This document shows positions 1 through 14,018 of a stretch of DNA of 64,000 nt, in pieces. The notes below the pieces were generated by a model. It saw only the letters and a list, made by a program, of their open reading frames with translations. It was not told the DNA's origin and searched no databases. Source of the DNA: Selaginella moellendorffii (lineage: Eukaryota > Plantae > Lycopodiophyta); NCBI RefSeq assembly GCF_000143415.4, contig NW_003314330.1, positions 186,001 through 250,000 of the forward strand. The letters run 5' to 3'. The position numbers were made by a program, and so were the translations under genes. Every line of letters begins with the position of its first letter. Position 1 is the stretch's first letter.

Positions 1-3000
1 GACAAAAAATCTTGCATGCTTGTAAAATATATAGAAAAATAAAACATGCTTAAATTACATGTGTGACTTACAAAATAATTTTGTGAGCACAACTTTTTCT
101 TTATGTATTGGTGCAAAGTTTATATCAGCATCATGCCACATTTGTGACTTTTTCCACAACAATTTTTTTCTCTACATGTTAGCAGGGTTTAAAGTTTGGG
201 TTTTGTAGGTATTGTGTTTTTTAACATGTAAGTTAGATTTGAAATGCTTTTTAGATGCTATAGGTTGAGCTCACTATTGTTGCATACTTGGGGCATTCTT
301 TTTATAAGTGAGTGGTTTTGCAACTAATGAAGAAATTATTGCATGCAATATTAAAAACCACCACACTCAATGCCCTAACACTCCAATTGATTAAACTTAC
401 CATTGCACTACAATTAATTGCACTTGCTGCCACTCCAATTGCACTCACCATCATGCTCTAATTGATCATGCTTGCTACTACACTAGATTAGGGCACTACA
501 CTACAAATAGGTGTGAGAAATGAAAGGCATGATCAACTGATTGATGCACAATAGTTAGATTAGGGGAGCTACACCTCCAAGCTATGAAAAGTGAGCTACA
601 ATAGTGAAAAATGAAAAAAGAGAAATAATCACAATCAACACATCACAAATCTTCACACATTAAAATGAGACAAAAAAACCCATTAAATTGCAATGTCATA
701 TTGTCTAGGATGACATGGAATGATGCTTACATAGTAGTGTGATATGTCATGCCACATGTATACATAATTTACCCCATGACAAAAATATTATACACACAAT
801 CACATTTTAATTGCTTATATAGCAATCAAAAAGTGATTGAATGCATAAAAAAAATTTATACAACTTAAAATAAAAAAGTAAATCTTCATATATAATGCTC
901 CCACATGCAATCACATATTTGTTACTATAACCTTAAACCATAATTCATTATAGATAGCTCTTAGAGTGTGAATTTGTATATCATTCCCATGCTTGTTCAT
1001 CTTTTCTTTTTTTTTCTTATTCATCACTTTTATAGGAAATGCATATTGAATAAGAATATTATACTATATAGATTGAGGATCAAACAACTTCATTTCTGTT
1101 GTTTAGCATGAGAGGCCCAATTGGCAAAGTTTTCAATCATAGTCATCATGTAATAGAAGCAATTGAACCTAGAGGAGGATGAAAATAGGATCTTCTTAAA
1201 AATTATAATCTACCTTGGTTAATTGACACTGTTAGAAGTCTTTTATAATAAAAACAAATTAAGGTTGAAATGCATGTACCTCCTAGGGACAAGTTAGGGC
1301 TGATCCATGCAATAGCAATTGGTTGTTGTTTCTTTATTGCCTTCTTTCCTCTGGCTGCCCTAGATATGCCTAACTTCAATCCAGCATGATCAAGGCTTTC
1401 CTCCAGCTAGGAATGATGCAGCCTAGCTCCTATGTCATAAGTGTGCCTTGCATTGTAGCAGATGTTAATTCCTAATGTCAAACACTCTTCTTTTACACCA
1501 TGACTGCACTAACTTTTCCTTGGGTGATGCTTGACACTTCTCTACACTTCGGGATTTCATGGCTGACTGTAAGTCTTTTGTAGATTCCCATAAACACAGC
1601 CAAAAGATGCCAGATAGGCTTGTACCTAAAGAGCACTGTGTTTCTACAATTAATTGAAAGCTACATAAGGATTCTTTTCCAACTCAACTATGGGATGGTG
1701 ACTGAATTCTTCACTCACTTTGGATCTGGAAGAATTCCAAATCACACTTGCATAAACTCAAATAAACTTAGAAATACTATGTTGCCATAATTGATGGTGA
1801 GCCATATAAAAATTCCTCACTTCTCTCTAGAAGGAAATTTTTTATAAGATCTAAGATCCAATGCTCATGATTGTCCAATGCCATTAGACTTCAAAATGTT
1901 GTTTTTATACTCTCAAACCCAAGATTCCTTCATGCTACTTAATAATGCCTTTGCTAGAGATTCCTATGTCTAGATCTCCTAACGTTTTGCCATCTTCTAG
2001 CCTTATTTTATGAATTATGCTGCAATTTTGTTAAGCTGTAACTCCTAGAAGACAACACATTAATTGCCCCACAGAATCTTTAATTTCACTATCTGAGTAA
2101 TTTCCTCCCTATCATTTATCACATCATCTTCCTATATGAATTAAACTTGACTTTAACTCTTCTCTGTTCTATGACACATGCACATTAGGTCTTATGTGCT
2201 TTTGAGATAATATCAGTTGAGAAAAGAAAAATTTGTTGACATCTTGATATTAAATTAGAAGCATTCTTTCAAGAAATAAATTGAGTTATACTTTCTCTTT
2301 CTCTTGAAAAAAGAGAATACCATGGTCTAGAATGTAGACACTAAAACATAAAATAATACTCAAAAATATGTTAGTAAAGTGCCTTAGAACTTCCCTTCTT
2401 AATAATTTAGCTAGTAAACACCAAAAAAAAGTACAATAATATTTATATATTTATTTTTTACAAAAAAAAAAAATATTATAACTTCATAATGAAATTAAAG
2501 ATGAAATATTAAATAATAATAAAAATTTGGTATTTATATTTAATTTTTAGACTTTTCTTAGAAAAAAAGAATTCTGTTAAATTAATAAATATAAATTTAA
2601 TATTTTAAGTGTTATAATTTTAATTTATTTTGTATTTGTGATACCACATACAAGATTTTGAAATGTTAGAGTTTTAAATTCACATCATATTGTATAAATA
2701 TTTACAATATGTTATAAATTAACAAATAAAATAAATAATGGACATTCATATCTAATAAATTTTAGTGATAGCAGTGAAATATCAATGAATTATTAATTTA
2801 ATTATTAAATGTAAAGATGATTATACCATTAAAAAAACTTTTTATGGTCCTGTAGTTCCAACAGTTATACCATGTGAAAACCTTTATCAGCCTTGCCAGT
2901 CATAAAATCGACCAAAAAAATTTCATTTAGACAAAGAGAGCTAAATAATCACAATGAGTAAAAAAGATCATATGCCTGATTAATATATTCTCCTTGTGTA

Positions 3001-3630
3001 TTTATACATTTTTTATATAGTTTTAATGTTATTTATCTATGTCTATTGTTTATGCTAGCTAAATAAATTTTGTTTTTTTACAATATATTTTAAACTATAA
3101 CTTCAATGATATACATAAAAATCTTTTAAATATTTTTCAAAGTAAGACAATAAACTTTTTTGATACAGTATAATTTAGTTAAGGAAACAAAACTTTATTT
3201 ATAAGTTAAACTTTTAAGTTCCTTTTAACAGATTATATTCCTTTTATTATTTTGATGCAAGTAGTATGTATATTACTAAATCAGTATTGTATACAAAAAT
3301 TATATTTTAGTTTCTTCAAATACCAAAACATATTAATTCTTGAATCAAATTTTATTTTAAAGATGTATTAAAAATTCCATATTATTTGGAAGATAAATAT
3401 ATGCTTAAATAATTTATTTGATTGTATTTTAGTTTTAAAACATGATGGTAATCTAGTTTTATACCATGGTAAAATGTTTTATGGACTACTAACAGATATT
3501 GCTTAGCACAACCATTTTTTTAATTAATAATATTTTCTATCCAAAATAATTGTAATCTAGTTCTTTATGAAACAAAATTTCCAAATAAAATTTTATAGTC
3601 ATCAAATACTTCAAATATTTTATGTTCCAT

Positions 3631-3704
3631 ATTATGATGGTGATGATTATGATGGTGATGGTGATGATGATGATATTAATAATAAGAATAATAATAATAA
3701 TAAT
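3631..3704. repeat. compound (GAT/GGT)n-(AAT)n microsatellite
   Basis: Direct reading: attatgatggtgatg...gatgatgat...aataataataat. Confidence 0.7.
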
Positions 3705-4149
3705 AAATATACAAAAATCTTATATTTTGTACCTCAATAATTATTATTTTAATCAATAAATATATTAATTTTCTTTTTCCAGGTTTTCTTTTTTTTTTTT
3801 TTGGTTGCTTTGAATGAATTTTTCTTGACAACTAGTAATACGAAATTCTTGTTAGTAAATACAGTTTTTTCTAAATAATTATTGACTTATTTTCCTGTCC
3901 TCAAGTGACTACAGAACAATTTTTCATACTAACATTTCATTAAATAGTACTCGCTTCATAAGATCTAAGGAATAAGTTAAAATGAAAAATCATTTGTCCC
4001 CTTTCAACTATCTTTTTATCAATGGTAATCTTTACTCAATATATAAAATATTTACAATCCACTACAGCCCAACTAAGGAGCAAAGGACCCTACTCCTACA
4101 TGCATACAATGCATCTTATCTCTCTTGTGTCCTGTAGTCTTCATTTGTC

Positions 4150-5450
4150 ATGCACACCCACTCCATTTTTGTAAAATACCATGCGATAGTTTGCAAGTTG
4201 GCAGCATCACCTAGCATGGAGGCTTGGTTGTGCTCTAGAGTTGATGTCCAGGTCCACAGTGACTGGTGTCATGGACATTGTTAGAAGACATGAAATACAT
4301 CCTCACTTGACTCAAGATACATTGTTTGTGTGGTGGAATTCATGGATGATGGTGGCACCTATGCTTAACTTGACTACACCAGTAAGTTACTAATATCACT
4401 AGATTCAAAGTACAAAGAAATCAAAGTTGAACAGCTATCTTGTAGATAGCATATTTTGTCTTGTTTTCCAACCATTGTTGAAATGCCTTACTAGTCTAAT
4501 AGGCAAAGTTATCATAAGGATTTATCAGGATTATTTCCAAATTAGATAGCTATTCCATCCATGTTTTCAACTCATGCCACCACTCCACAAGAGGGGTATG
4601 GAGTCATCCAGAGCACAACATACCAATTTGTCTTGGTATGAACGTCTTTGAGCCTTCACAAAATCCACCACTCATTTCCAAACTGAAGTGTCCATAAAGA
4701 CTAAGCCACTTTCCAATATTAAATTTGTGTATGGCACCCTCCACATTTGCAACTTGTGCTGGATAAACTAGATGTGAATGTCCTCTAGCATGTTACAGAT
4801 ATACTGAGGGAGTCCTAGGGTTGTAGCTTCACTCACATACAATGTCAGAGGGATGATCTTAGCTATGTAAAAAGCTTGTTTTGCTTTCCAGCTCATGACT
4901 GCATCGTTTTGTAGTCTAATTGAAAGCTATAATTTTTTCCTATTAAGGATGGGTTGCTAAATTATAGCTTTAATAGATTCACCATCATTCCAGCTTATGC
5001 ACAAAAATGAAATAGTGCATCAAAAAGCCTTTATGGTCATGGCATTTGGTGCTACTAACAACAAGTTATCAGCATACAAAAACAGATAGAGGTGTATGCC
5101 ATATTCAAATAGCTTCAAGAGCTCCTATATATATAGCAAAAAGCATAACAGATAACTAGCACATCCATTGTGGAGGGGATGGTGTCTCCTCCAACGATTA
5201 GCAATTTGACTGAGTGGTAGATTTCCCCTATTGCAGCAAGCATTAGAGTTGGGGCACTGGAATTAAAGTATCAATGCATGTCAAGGTACTTTATCAAAGG
5301 CTTTAGCAAAATTGACAAATCCCAAAAAGAGTATTTTACTTCGATTCAATCTAGTGTGCTCCATTAGAATGTGTAGTGTGATAATGTGGTCATAGCATGA
5401 GTGATGTTTTCTAAACCCTGCTTGTCCTTGAGCATTAATATGATTCTTTC
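4150..5450 (-). mobile_element. degenerate non-LTR (LINE) reverse transcriptase remnant
   Basis: Minus-strand reading gives GQAGFRKHHSCYDHI (~5430-5385), GFVNFAKAFDKV (~5323-5288) and LFLYADN (~5084-5064). These are the QAGFR, DFxKAFD and YADD motifs of LINE RTs. Many stops; boundaries approximate. Confidence 0.7.
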
Positions 5451-5649
5451 CTACGACTAAAATGTTAGTTTTTAAAGTGTTATAGTTTCAAAATTTTAAG
5501 TCATAAATGTCAATAATATTTATATCAACTAAATTACTATTAGCAATATAATGTGCCTACATTTAACTCATAATTTCTTATTAAAAGACTTTGTATTCTT
5601 ATTAAAACTAATAAGATTTTTTCTTTCTCATATCTGTATTAGACTTTTT

Positions 5650-6560
5650 GTTTAGAATTTAGGAATGAAAGTTGCATGTTGGTGTTTAAGATGTGGAGAT
5701 AATCATATTCACCTCATACACATTATCACAAATCATATCCATTTTTATGGTAGACATCCTTTAACACCAAGATATTCAAAGGATTAGATTATGTAGATCT
5801 ATTATTTTAGTAGGACAATATTTTGAAATTGGTGAAAGTTTTATAACTTTAAATGATTATGGTAATGGTGGTGGCAATGATAGTGTTTACTCAGAATGGT
5901 TACATGGGAATAAAAACAATTTAATATTTATTTATGAAGGGGCTAGTGCTTCTATTTTGTCTACTTGTTTAAATATTTTAGATGTGCAAGTTATTACTAA
6001 AGTATCAAACCAAGCAATATATCATTTTGTGAGGTAAGTTTTTCTTTAATATTATTTAGTATTGAGTTTTTATTTATTTAGATGAAAGCTCTTCAAACAA
6101 ATATTACCTGAAAATAATTTTTTTCTGAAGTGGTAAAAGTCATTAAGCACAATGGATTTACACATAACAAAAACTGATTCATACATCAATGACTGTTTGC
6201 TATTTCATAAGGAGAATAAAGACTTTCAATTTTGTCAAATTTACAACACTAGGAGGTATAAAGATTTTAATAATTTTATACCTAAGAAAATGGTGACTAA
6301 TTTCTTATTATACTTCAACTTCAAGAACAATTTTAATATAAAGAAATAGCACAATATATGATTTATTATTTTGATCATTAATCCTCTGATGAAAGAATGA
6401 GAATGCCTACAGATGGCTCAACTTGGAAAACGTTCAAAGATGATTATCCAAATTTTACTACAGATCTAAGAAATATACTTCTTAGTATGGCTAATTCTCT
6501 AACAAAACTAATGGCAAAACCATATTTATATTACGTAATTATTGCAGTAGATAATTTTAT
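5650..6560 (+). mobile_element. CACTA/En-Spm Tnp2 transposase remnant
   Basis: INDCLLFHKENKDFQFCQIYNTRRYK (6152-6349) and MRMPTDGSTWKTFKDDYPNFTTDLRNI (6397-) resemble the NDCxLY...CPxC...RYK and RHPADGxxWxxFDxxxPxFxxDxRN blocks of Tnp2. Fragmented. Confidence 0.72.
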
Positions 6561-6695
6561 ACCATCAACTCTAGCAAATAAATTTTCGTTTATTATAATT
6601 ATACTATGAATTAATTTAGATAATAATTTAATATAATTATATTTGTGACATCCAAAGGTACGATCTAACAGCTACCAGCGGCTTCAATTGCAAGC

Positions 6696-7497
6696 ATGAT
6701 CCCCACCAGCCGCCCAAGAGCCCGACGTCTCTGTATGGTGTGCATCGCTCCAGGGCCTCGATCCATCTCCATGCGCGACATGGGCACGGAGATGACCCCA
6801 ATCGCGAGCCAGGAGCCGTCAAGAACAGTGACGCGGATGCGCACTCCAATCATGACCAGCCCGGGCGTCTCGCCGGGGCGATTGCGGCCAATCCCTCCAC
6901 CGCCGCCGCCGCTGCCGCCGCCACAGGCAACCACGCCCACCATGCCACCGAATTACCGCTCCACTGGCACCGACGCCTCTCCTCCTCCGCCGCTCCCTCC
7001 GGTCGAGCAGCTCACATCGATTCCAGCGCTTCCAGCGACCCCGGGTGGAGCGACGATCCACACCACCAGGAACACTACCAGGCACGAGATCTTGGTGCTT
7101 GGCACGCAGGGGCAAGAGTAGCATCGCGGCGTGGGCGACGCGCGAGGAGGAAGAGAACGATGCGCCTCAAGGTGGTGATCCAGCAGCAGCAGCAGCAAAA
7201 TCAAACCGTTGACTATCTTAGACCGGTCGTTGACCTGGACGAGGTGAGGCGGACCATGGTTGAAAGCCGCGCGACCGCGGAGGAGGAGGCCGAGCACGCC
7301 AAGTGCATGGCGAGGTAAGCGATAGAGTTCTTTTCTTCTTGTTTGATCGATTCAGTTCTAAAGCTTCCGTTTTTCTTGTCTTTGCGATCGATTTATCGAT
7401 GCAAACAAAAAGGTATGAGCACGAGGAAGCTAAGATTTTGGCGTGGGAGAATCACCAGAAGGCCAAGGCCGAGGCAGAATTGAGACGAATGGAGGTA
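6696..7497 (+). pseudogene. remorin (group 6-like) gene fragment, frameshifted and truncated
   Basis: RSISMRDMGTEMTPIASQEPSRT and TRHEILVLGTQ, then in another frame ESRATAEEEAEHAKCMAR / YEHEEAKILAWENHQKAKAEAELRRME (remorin C-terminal domain) across a GT-AG intron (~7314-7412). 5' part and last exon not found. Confidence 0.8.
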
Positions 7498-10400
7498 AGC
7501 TGTCGCTCGCTCCCTGCTCTATGTTTATATGTTCTTTAGCTCTTTATCGTCAAGTCTAGCTTTCCACCTAGGAGTGGTTTTAGCGATCTCCGCAATAGAA
7601 TAGAATCATGAGCGTACGTCTTGGAATCCAAAGCGTACAGCACCTGTGTTGAACTTTACATCCTTCCAAATCCCTGCCAGGTTCTCTGCTTGTTTATCTC
7701 GTTTGTGTGAGATCTTTTCCTTCTCTTCTTTTTTGTTTGTCTGCTGCTGCGCTGCTACTGATTGATTCCTCACTTAACGAATGGGAGTAAATGCAGCAGG
7801 TGAAAATGGAATAGAATAGAACGTGAGGTGACAACTCTGGTTTTAATCCGTGACCGGTCAGAGTAGTCAGCGTCGGTCCAGTCCCAGTCCACAGAGAGAG
7901 AGAGAGAGAAGAGGAGCAAGTTCTTGTTGATGGTAATGTGTTTTTTCCTTGATTCAATCACTTCGTTCATTGCAAGCTTTTCTCTAAACATTAGCTTGAT
8001 TCTCAACAAGATCATCTATAACTTGTTATGGATTGGATTGTAGATCTTTCAAGTTTTGTTTTTTTTTATTTTTCTTTGCTTTCGCAATGTGTTGGCACAA
8101 TGAACTCCAAAGATTCTGACTGGCTTTCTGGAGTAGGATCTAGTTCTGTTTCCAAAGCCTTGTTTTTTAATCCTAGATAATTTTTGTGGCAGTGGAGATC
8201 GTAGTGTTGCACCTCTCTCACATTCATTTCTCATATAGAATCATCAATTAACATGAGGCTCATCTCCACAGTCACAGCACATGATTTTCAGTGATGGAAT
8301 TTTTCCAGTTCCATTCCTTCATTTAAAAATTTCATGGTTTTTATATTATTTAGTTTTTTTTTCTTTATCTTATGCTACATTCCCAGTTTCAGCTGACCAT
8401 ACTGGTCAAATTATCAATCTAAAACAATTATGGGATAAAGTGTCAAAATGTAAATCAAGAAAATCATGACTAAACCATTGTATTGCAACTCTAAGCTTGA
8501 AAAATTGCTAACCCTTTAGTTTAAAATTATCTTTACATTGTTTAAAATTTCAAATTAGTGGGATATACTGTTGTCTAGATTGTGGATTTAGAGTTTTTGG
8601 AATATAGTCAAGGAATTTAAATAAATGCATATATATTGGTTATTAATGTTTTTCACTATTTCCTGGTCACTAAACAAAAGGGCCATTATTTTTCCTTTTC
8701 AAGATCCATGATTTTAAAATGACATTTTGAAACACCACAGCTCAATGTGAGTCTTGTGAGTACTCCCATTATATTCCACCACTAAAATACCCCAATTGTG
8801 TAGTTAGAGTAAGTTTATGATGAATTATGCAAGGTATTTAAGTAGGTAGTGCCACTCATACTTGAATGAAAAGCATTAATCATTTAATCTCCCAAAGGAG
8901 TTACAATTGACATTTGAACACTTCATTAAATCATTCCATTTATTTATGCATGTTCACTTTAACATTAAACTCCATGTTGTCACTCACTAGATGGGTGTAA
9001 TATTTTTTAATCACACTACAAACATTGTATAAGGAAAAATCTTGTTTATCCATTTGCAGTCAACTGTGGAGTGATCTAGATAGAATTTTTTCCAAGCTTG
9101 ATAATTGAATGGCTCAACCAAAAAATTGTATCAACTGTAAATCAATTTCTCTACAAAACCTTTTCACTTTGATTGGAAAGTTCCTAATCTCTCTTGCAAA
9201 TCCCATCTCCTCCACTATTTGAAATGGATTATTATTAACAGTATAGTAAAGAGAGTGTGGGTGACAATTTTAGTGAAATTAGTTTAGCCAGGAAATGCTA
9301 TTAAAATGAGTTTGAGTGACATTGCATTGTCACAAAGAAAATCACCACATGTTTTGGTGATTTTGATAAGTTACATGGAGAAAATTGTGTTCTGTAGCAA
9401 GGAAAATATTCCAATGGTTCCTCACAAAGTTCTTCAAATTGTAACATTGAGAGAGAGTGTGAAAGTTTGGAGCCTATAATTTAAATCTAGGTTATGAGAA
9501 AAATCATGTGAATATCAAATTTTGAAATATTAAGGTTATGGCAAAATTGATAGTTTCACAACTCTTTATACATTATATAGATAAAAATGTTCTAAAGGGC
9601 ACTTTTTGTTCTAATAATTTAGATATTTATTATATGCTATAATAAAGATGTTTGTTAGGACATAAAATAAAATGTTTTGAATCTTGTAACTTCATTCTAC
9701 AATCTTTTCCTTTCCATGGCTTTGGATCCATGTGGCATCAAGGTTGGTTCTTGTGGCTGGCATTCCACTCGAGGGGACACTTGACATGGCTGATACTTTT
9801 TTCCATCCACGTACATCGATCCCATCACGTTAAACAGCTCTTGCTCTGTTCGTCTGATCATACAAGAACTCTAGTGAGCTTTGGAATGAAAGAGATTTCC
9901 TTACATATTTTTCCCTTCTCGCCAGAAGATCGTTCCAAATAGTAGAGCGCATATTGTAGTGAAGAAGTAGCGAACCACGTTGTAATGAGGATTCTTCCAA
10001 TAAGAACGATATTGCTTCCAGAAGCAAGCCTTGCATTGGATATAGAATGACTGAGAGTATTTGGTTGGAAAGTGGAGGTCGCTCGAGTCTGGCATTGGCT
10101 TGCTCAGTCTCTCCACAAGAGCATCGTTTTGCCTGGTGATAAAGCTGGAATCAAAACCATATCCAGAGAAGTCGTGACTTACTTGTACAGAGAAGATTGT
10201 TCGTAGTACTTTGCGAAATCGATTCCAAGTCTGACTTCGACCTCCTCAGCAGTGACATCGAGCATCCAGGTTGCTGGGTTACTTCCATCTTCAATAGGTG
10301 GAACACCTTCCACGGCCTGAGAAAAACACGAAACATGTATCATTACATATGATACCCAGCGTTTCATTAACGTACCTGGAAGAATTCTATAAGGTGGTGG

Positions 10401-11176
10401 GAGTGTCTACCGAGAGGTCCTGCATAGATCACTTGACCACCTCGTTTCATCAATAATAGCTGTGAAATCCAACCATGAACTCCCGCAATATCAGAGATGT
10501 ATGATATTTATATACCTCGTCAAAAGACTCAAATATGTCGATGCTAGGCTGGTGAATGGTGCATACCACTGTTCTTCCCGTGTCCATAGTGTTACGAACA
10601 GTTCTCATCACAATGGCTGCGGCACGAGCGTCAAGTCCCGAAGTTGGCTCGTCCATAAAAATGATGGAAGGATTCGAAACAAGCTCCACGGCAATAGTCA
10701 GCCTCTTCCTTTGCTCCACCGAGAGTCCACTCACTCCAGGGAGACCAACGAGAGCGTTTCTGAGAGGCGTGAGTTCCACAAGAGACATCACCTCCTTCAC
10801 AAACATCTGTTATAACAAAACGAAATCGAAGACGCAAGCTTTTAGAACAAGGAGAGAGCTAACAAGTTTCGCAAGGATTACCGTACCAGTCTCGTTTGTT
10901 TATCAACTTCTTTCGGAAGCCGCAACCATGACGAGTAAATGAGAGATTCTTCAACTGTCACATTTGGAGAATGGATATCAGTCTGCTCGCAGTAGCCGGA
11001 GATTCGAGCAAAAGTGTCTTACGACCAGCAAGAACATCCATTAGAGTCGTCTTCCCCGCTCCACTTACGCCAACTAGTACTGTGAGAACTCCAGGCCTGA
11101 AAGCCCTGCTCACCTCCTTGAGAAGCTGAAGCCTGTCCAGAGTTTCTCCTTGTGCTTTCATCTCCTGCGAAGTTAC

Positions 11177-11265
11177 TGAGACAAATCGGGATCAAAGCGC
11201 ACCGCGCTAGCGGACAGAACAGGAAAACCCTAATGGACACGTGGCGAGGGGTGTGTCATGTAACA
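11177..11265 (-). repeat. copia 3' LTR (89 bp)
   Basis: Direct repeat of 15399-15487. Confidence 0.95.
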
Positions 11266-14018
11266 CTCCCCCCCAAACCGAAGCCACTCACCAAACCAAA
11301 TCTGTCACGTAGGAGCTGAAACTGATGTGGCCCCAACGGCTTAGTGAGAAGATCGGCTGGCATATCCTGTGTCCCGAGATGTTGGACGGCGAGGGTGCCA
11401 CCGTCAACCAACTCACGCACGTAGTGAAATTGGACTTCAATGTGCTTCGAGCGGGCATGGTGGACGGGGTTCTTGGACATGGCAATGCTGCTTCGGTTGT
11501 CACACCAAGAAGTAGTGGGGCCAGCTTGTGCACATCCCAGCTCAGCAAGTAACCCTCGAGCCCAGACCACGTCCCTGCTACCAGTAGTGAGTGCGATGTA
11601 CTCTGCTTCTGCACTAGAAAGGGCCACCACAGATTGTCGCTTGGAGGCCCACGTGATGGCACCTCCTAAGAAGGAAAGGCAAATGCCAGAAGTCGAGCGA
11701 TGACCTTTGTTGTTGGCAAAACTAGCATCCGTGTAGCATGCTAATGATGCATCACCCCCTGAATAAGCAATGCCATAGTCCATAGTTCCCCGAAGGTATC
11801 TTACGATACGCTTGGCAGCTTGCCAATGTATGGTGGTTGGTGATGTGTTGTACTGACTCAAAGCAATAGTCGCATATGTGATGTCGGGGCGAGTCATCAG
11901 GGCCAAATATGTGAGGCAACCAATGAGATGCCGATAGGGAGTCCTAGTGGGTAGAGGCTCACCAAATTGCTCAACTGTGAGGTCGATAGCACCAACGACC
12001 ATTGGGGTCTTGACGGGGTGGCAATCACGCATACCAAACTGATCCAGCAAGACTTCGACTTTACGTCGTTGGCTAAGCATGTAACCACCAGAATCAGGGT
12101 CACGTGTGACTTCAAAGCCAAGAAAGTAGGAGACATGGCCAAGGTCCTTCATCTGGAATTGCTGGCTGAGGGCATCTTTCAGAGCAGCAATGGCATCGTT
12201 GTCATCACCCATGATGAGCAAATCATCAACGTAGAGGGCCACAATAACCATGCACTCAGCATGACCATTGACATACACATTGTGATCAGCATGACAACGA
12301 CGAAAGCCTTGAGCACGTAGGGTGGCATCAAATTTTTGATACCAAATACGGGAGCTCTGTTTTAAGCCATACAAAGCTTTCCGCAATTGCCATATAGGGC
12401 CACCAGGGGCAACATCGTCCTCAAAACCAGGAGGTATATGCATATAGATGTCCTCTTGCAAATCCCCATTCAGAAATGCAGTTTTGACATCCATATGGTG
12501 GACTGGCCATTTGCGAGCAGCCGCAAGGGCAAAAAGAGTACGAAGGCTGGCCATTTTTACAACCGGTGAGAATGTTTCATCGTAGTCAAGGCCATGGACT
12601 TGGCGAAAACCGCGAATAACCAACCGTGCCTTATAACGTACAACCTGGCCATCTTTCCCATACTTTTTGGAAAAAATCCATTTTGGATCCAAAACACGTC
12701 GTCCCGGTGGCGCTGAATCAACTGGAACATAAGTTCCATTAGCCCGAATGGAAGAAACTTCTTCCGCAATAGCTTCCATCCAAGATGAAGCCTCAGGTCC
12801 TGAGATGGCCTCATCACAGGTCATGGGGATGCCGATGTCAACAAGGCCACAAAAGTCATCAAGCTCTGCAGCATCTGCTTCAGCATTTTCCCGGACTTTT
12901 AACGAGGGCCGACGTTCCCGGGGGTGATCAAGAACTGGCATCGGATCAGGCATGCCACGACGTCGACAAGGTGGTGGAGGTGTCGGAGGCCTGTCCTCAA
13001 CTAGAGGAGCATCAGCTGGTTCAAGCATGTCCAGAAGTGGAGGATTCCCCAATGGAATCTCTGGTGGCAACTCATGAAGAGGATCTTGAGGCGGAGGCAA
13101 GAGTGGACCATCTCCCATAAGTGGGATTAAAGGAACAAGTCGAGTCTCAGCAATGAAAGAAGGATCTTGAAGAGCCTCTGTACGCATGGGAAAGTCGTCT
13201 TCATTGAACATGACATCTGTGCTTACAATAGCCTTGTGAGATGCGAGATCCCACAACTTGTAAGCTTTTCTCCCGATAGTGTCGTCCTGTGCATATCCCA
13301 CGAAGATGAATTTTTTACTCTTGGGATCTAGCTTTTTCCGAAGTTGATCAGGGGTATGTGCGTATGCTGCACAACCGAAGACCCGAAAGTGGGACACATC
13401 AGGAGTAGAACCTGTCCAAAATGCCTCAGGGGTTTTTCCATCCAAAGCAGCCGTGGCAAGGCGATTTTGTACATGCATTGCTGTGGCTATGGCCTCTTGC
13501 CAAAACATCTTGTCAAGATGTGCATCGGCTAACAAAGCACGAGCAGCATTGACAAGAGTACGATTCTTCCTTTTTGCAACACCATTTTGCTGGGGGGTGT
13601 AGCGGGCTGTAGCTTGCAGTCGTATGCCTACATCACGACAGATGCTCCGAAGCTCATTGTTGAGGTATTCACCACCACCATCAACTCGAAGAGCTTTTAT
13701 CTTTCGACCAAGGAGGTTTTCAACGTACGCCTTGTACGTTTGAAAGGCAGCAACTGCATCACTCTTACGCATCAAGAAGTGGATGCATGTTCGACGGCTA
13801 TAGTCATCAATGAATGTGATGAAATATCTTGTGCCATCGTGACTTGGCACGTCCATGGGGCCGCAAAGATCAGAATGGACTAAGTCCAGAAGTCCAAGTG
13901 CTCGATGCTTACTCGGTGAGAAATTCCGGCGGTGATGCTTGCCTAAAACACAAGCTTCACAAAATGTAGATGGGATACGTCGGAAATCCAATCCAGTAAC
14001 AATATCTTGGGATTTCAT
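11256..14018 (-). CDS. copia pol: integrase, reverse transcriptase, RNase H
   Basis: HSDLCGP, FIDDYSR, QQNGVAKRKNRT, HMDVKTAFLNG, LYGLKQ, LYVDD, SSAEAEY, KHIEV, ADLLTK. In frame with the upstream gag-PR ORF after a single TAG. Confidence 0.93.
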   Translation of the reverse strand: MKSQDIVTGLDFRRIPSTFCEACVLGKHHRRNFSPSKHRALGLLDLVHSDLCGPMDVPSHDGTRYFITFIDDYSRRTCIHFLMRKSDAVAAFQTYKAYVENLLGRKIKALRVDGGGEYLNNELRSICRDVGIRLQATARYTPQQNGVAKRKNRTLVNAARALLADAHLDKMFWQEAIATAMHVQNRLATAALDGKTPEAFWTGSTPDVSHFRVFGCAAYAHTPDQLRKKLDPKSKKFIFVGYAQDDTIGRKAYKLWDLASHKAIVSTDVMFNEDDFPMRTEALQDPSFIAETRLVPLIPLMGDGPLLPPPQDPLHELPPEIPLGNPPLLDMLEPADAPLVEDRPPTPPPPCRRRGMPDPMPVLDHPRERRPSLKVRENAEADAAELDDFCGLVDIGIPMTCDEAISGPEASSWMEAIAEEVSSIRANGTYVPVDSAPPGRRVLDPKWIFSKKYGKDGQVVRYKARLVIRGFRQVHGLDYDETFSPVVKMASLRTLFALAAARKWPVHHMDVKTAFLNGDLQEDIYMHIPPGFEDDVAPGGPIWQLRKALYGLKQSSRIWYQKFDATLRAQGFRRCHADHNVYVNGHAECMVIVALYVDDLLIMGDDNDAIAALKDALSQQFQMKDLGHVSYFLGFEVTRDPDSGGYMLSQRRKVEVLLDQFGMRDCHPVKTPMVVGAIDLTVEQFGEPLPTRTPYRHLIGCLTYLALMTRPDITYATIALSQYNTSPTTIHWQAAKRIVRYLRGTMDYGIAYSGGDASLACYTDASFANNKGHRSTSGICLSFLGGAITWASKRQSVVALSSAEAEYIALTTGSRDVVWARGLLAELGCAQAGPTTSWCDNRSSIAMSKNPVHHARSKHIEVQFHYVRELVDGGTLAVQHLGTQDMPADLLTKPLGPHQFQLLRDRFGLVSGFGLGGSVT

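Noticed and set aside
1-3600. Short repeats (~340-500) and possible retroelement debris
   Set aside because: No ORF, terminal repeats or diagnostic motif could be supported.
8250-9600. Possible further TE coding remnant
   Set aside because: Too decayed to assign any motif with confidence.
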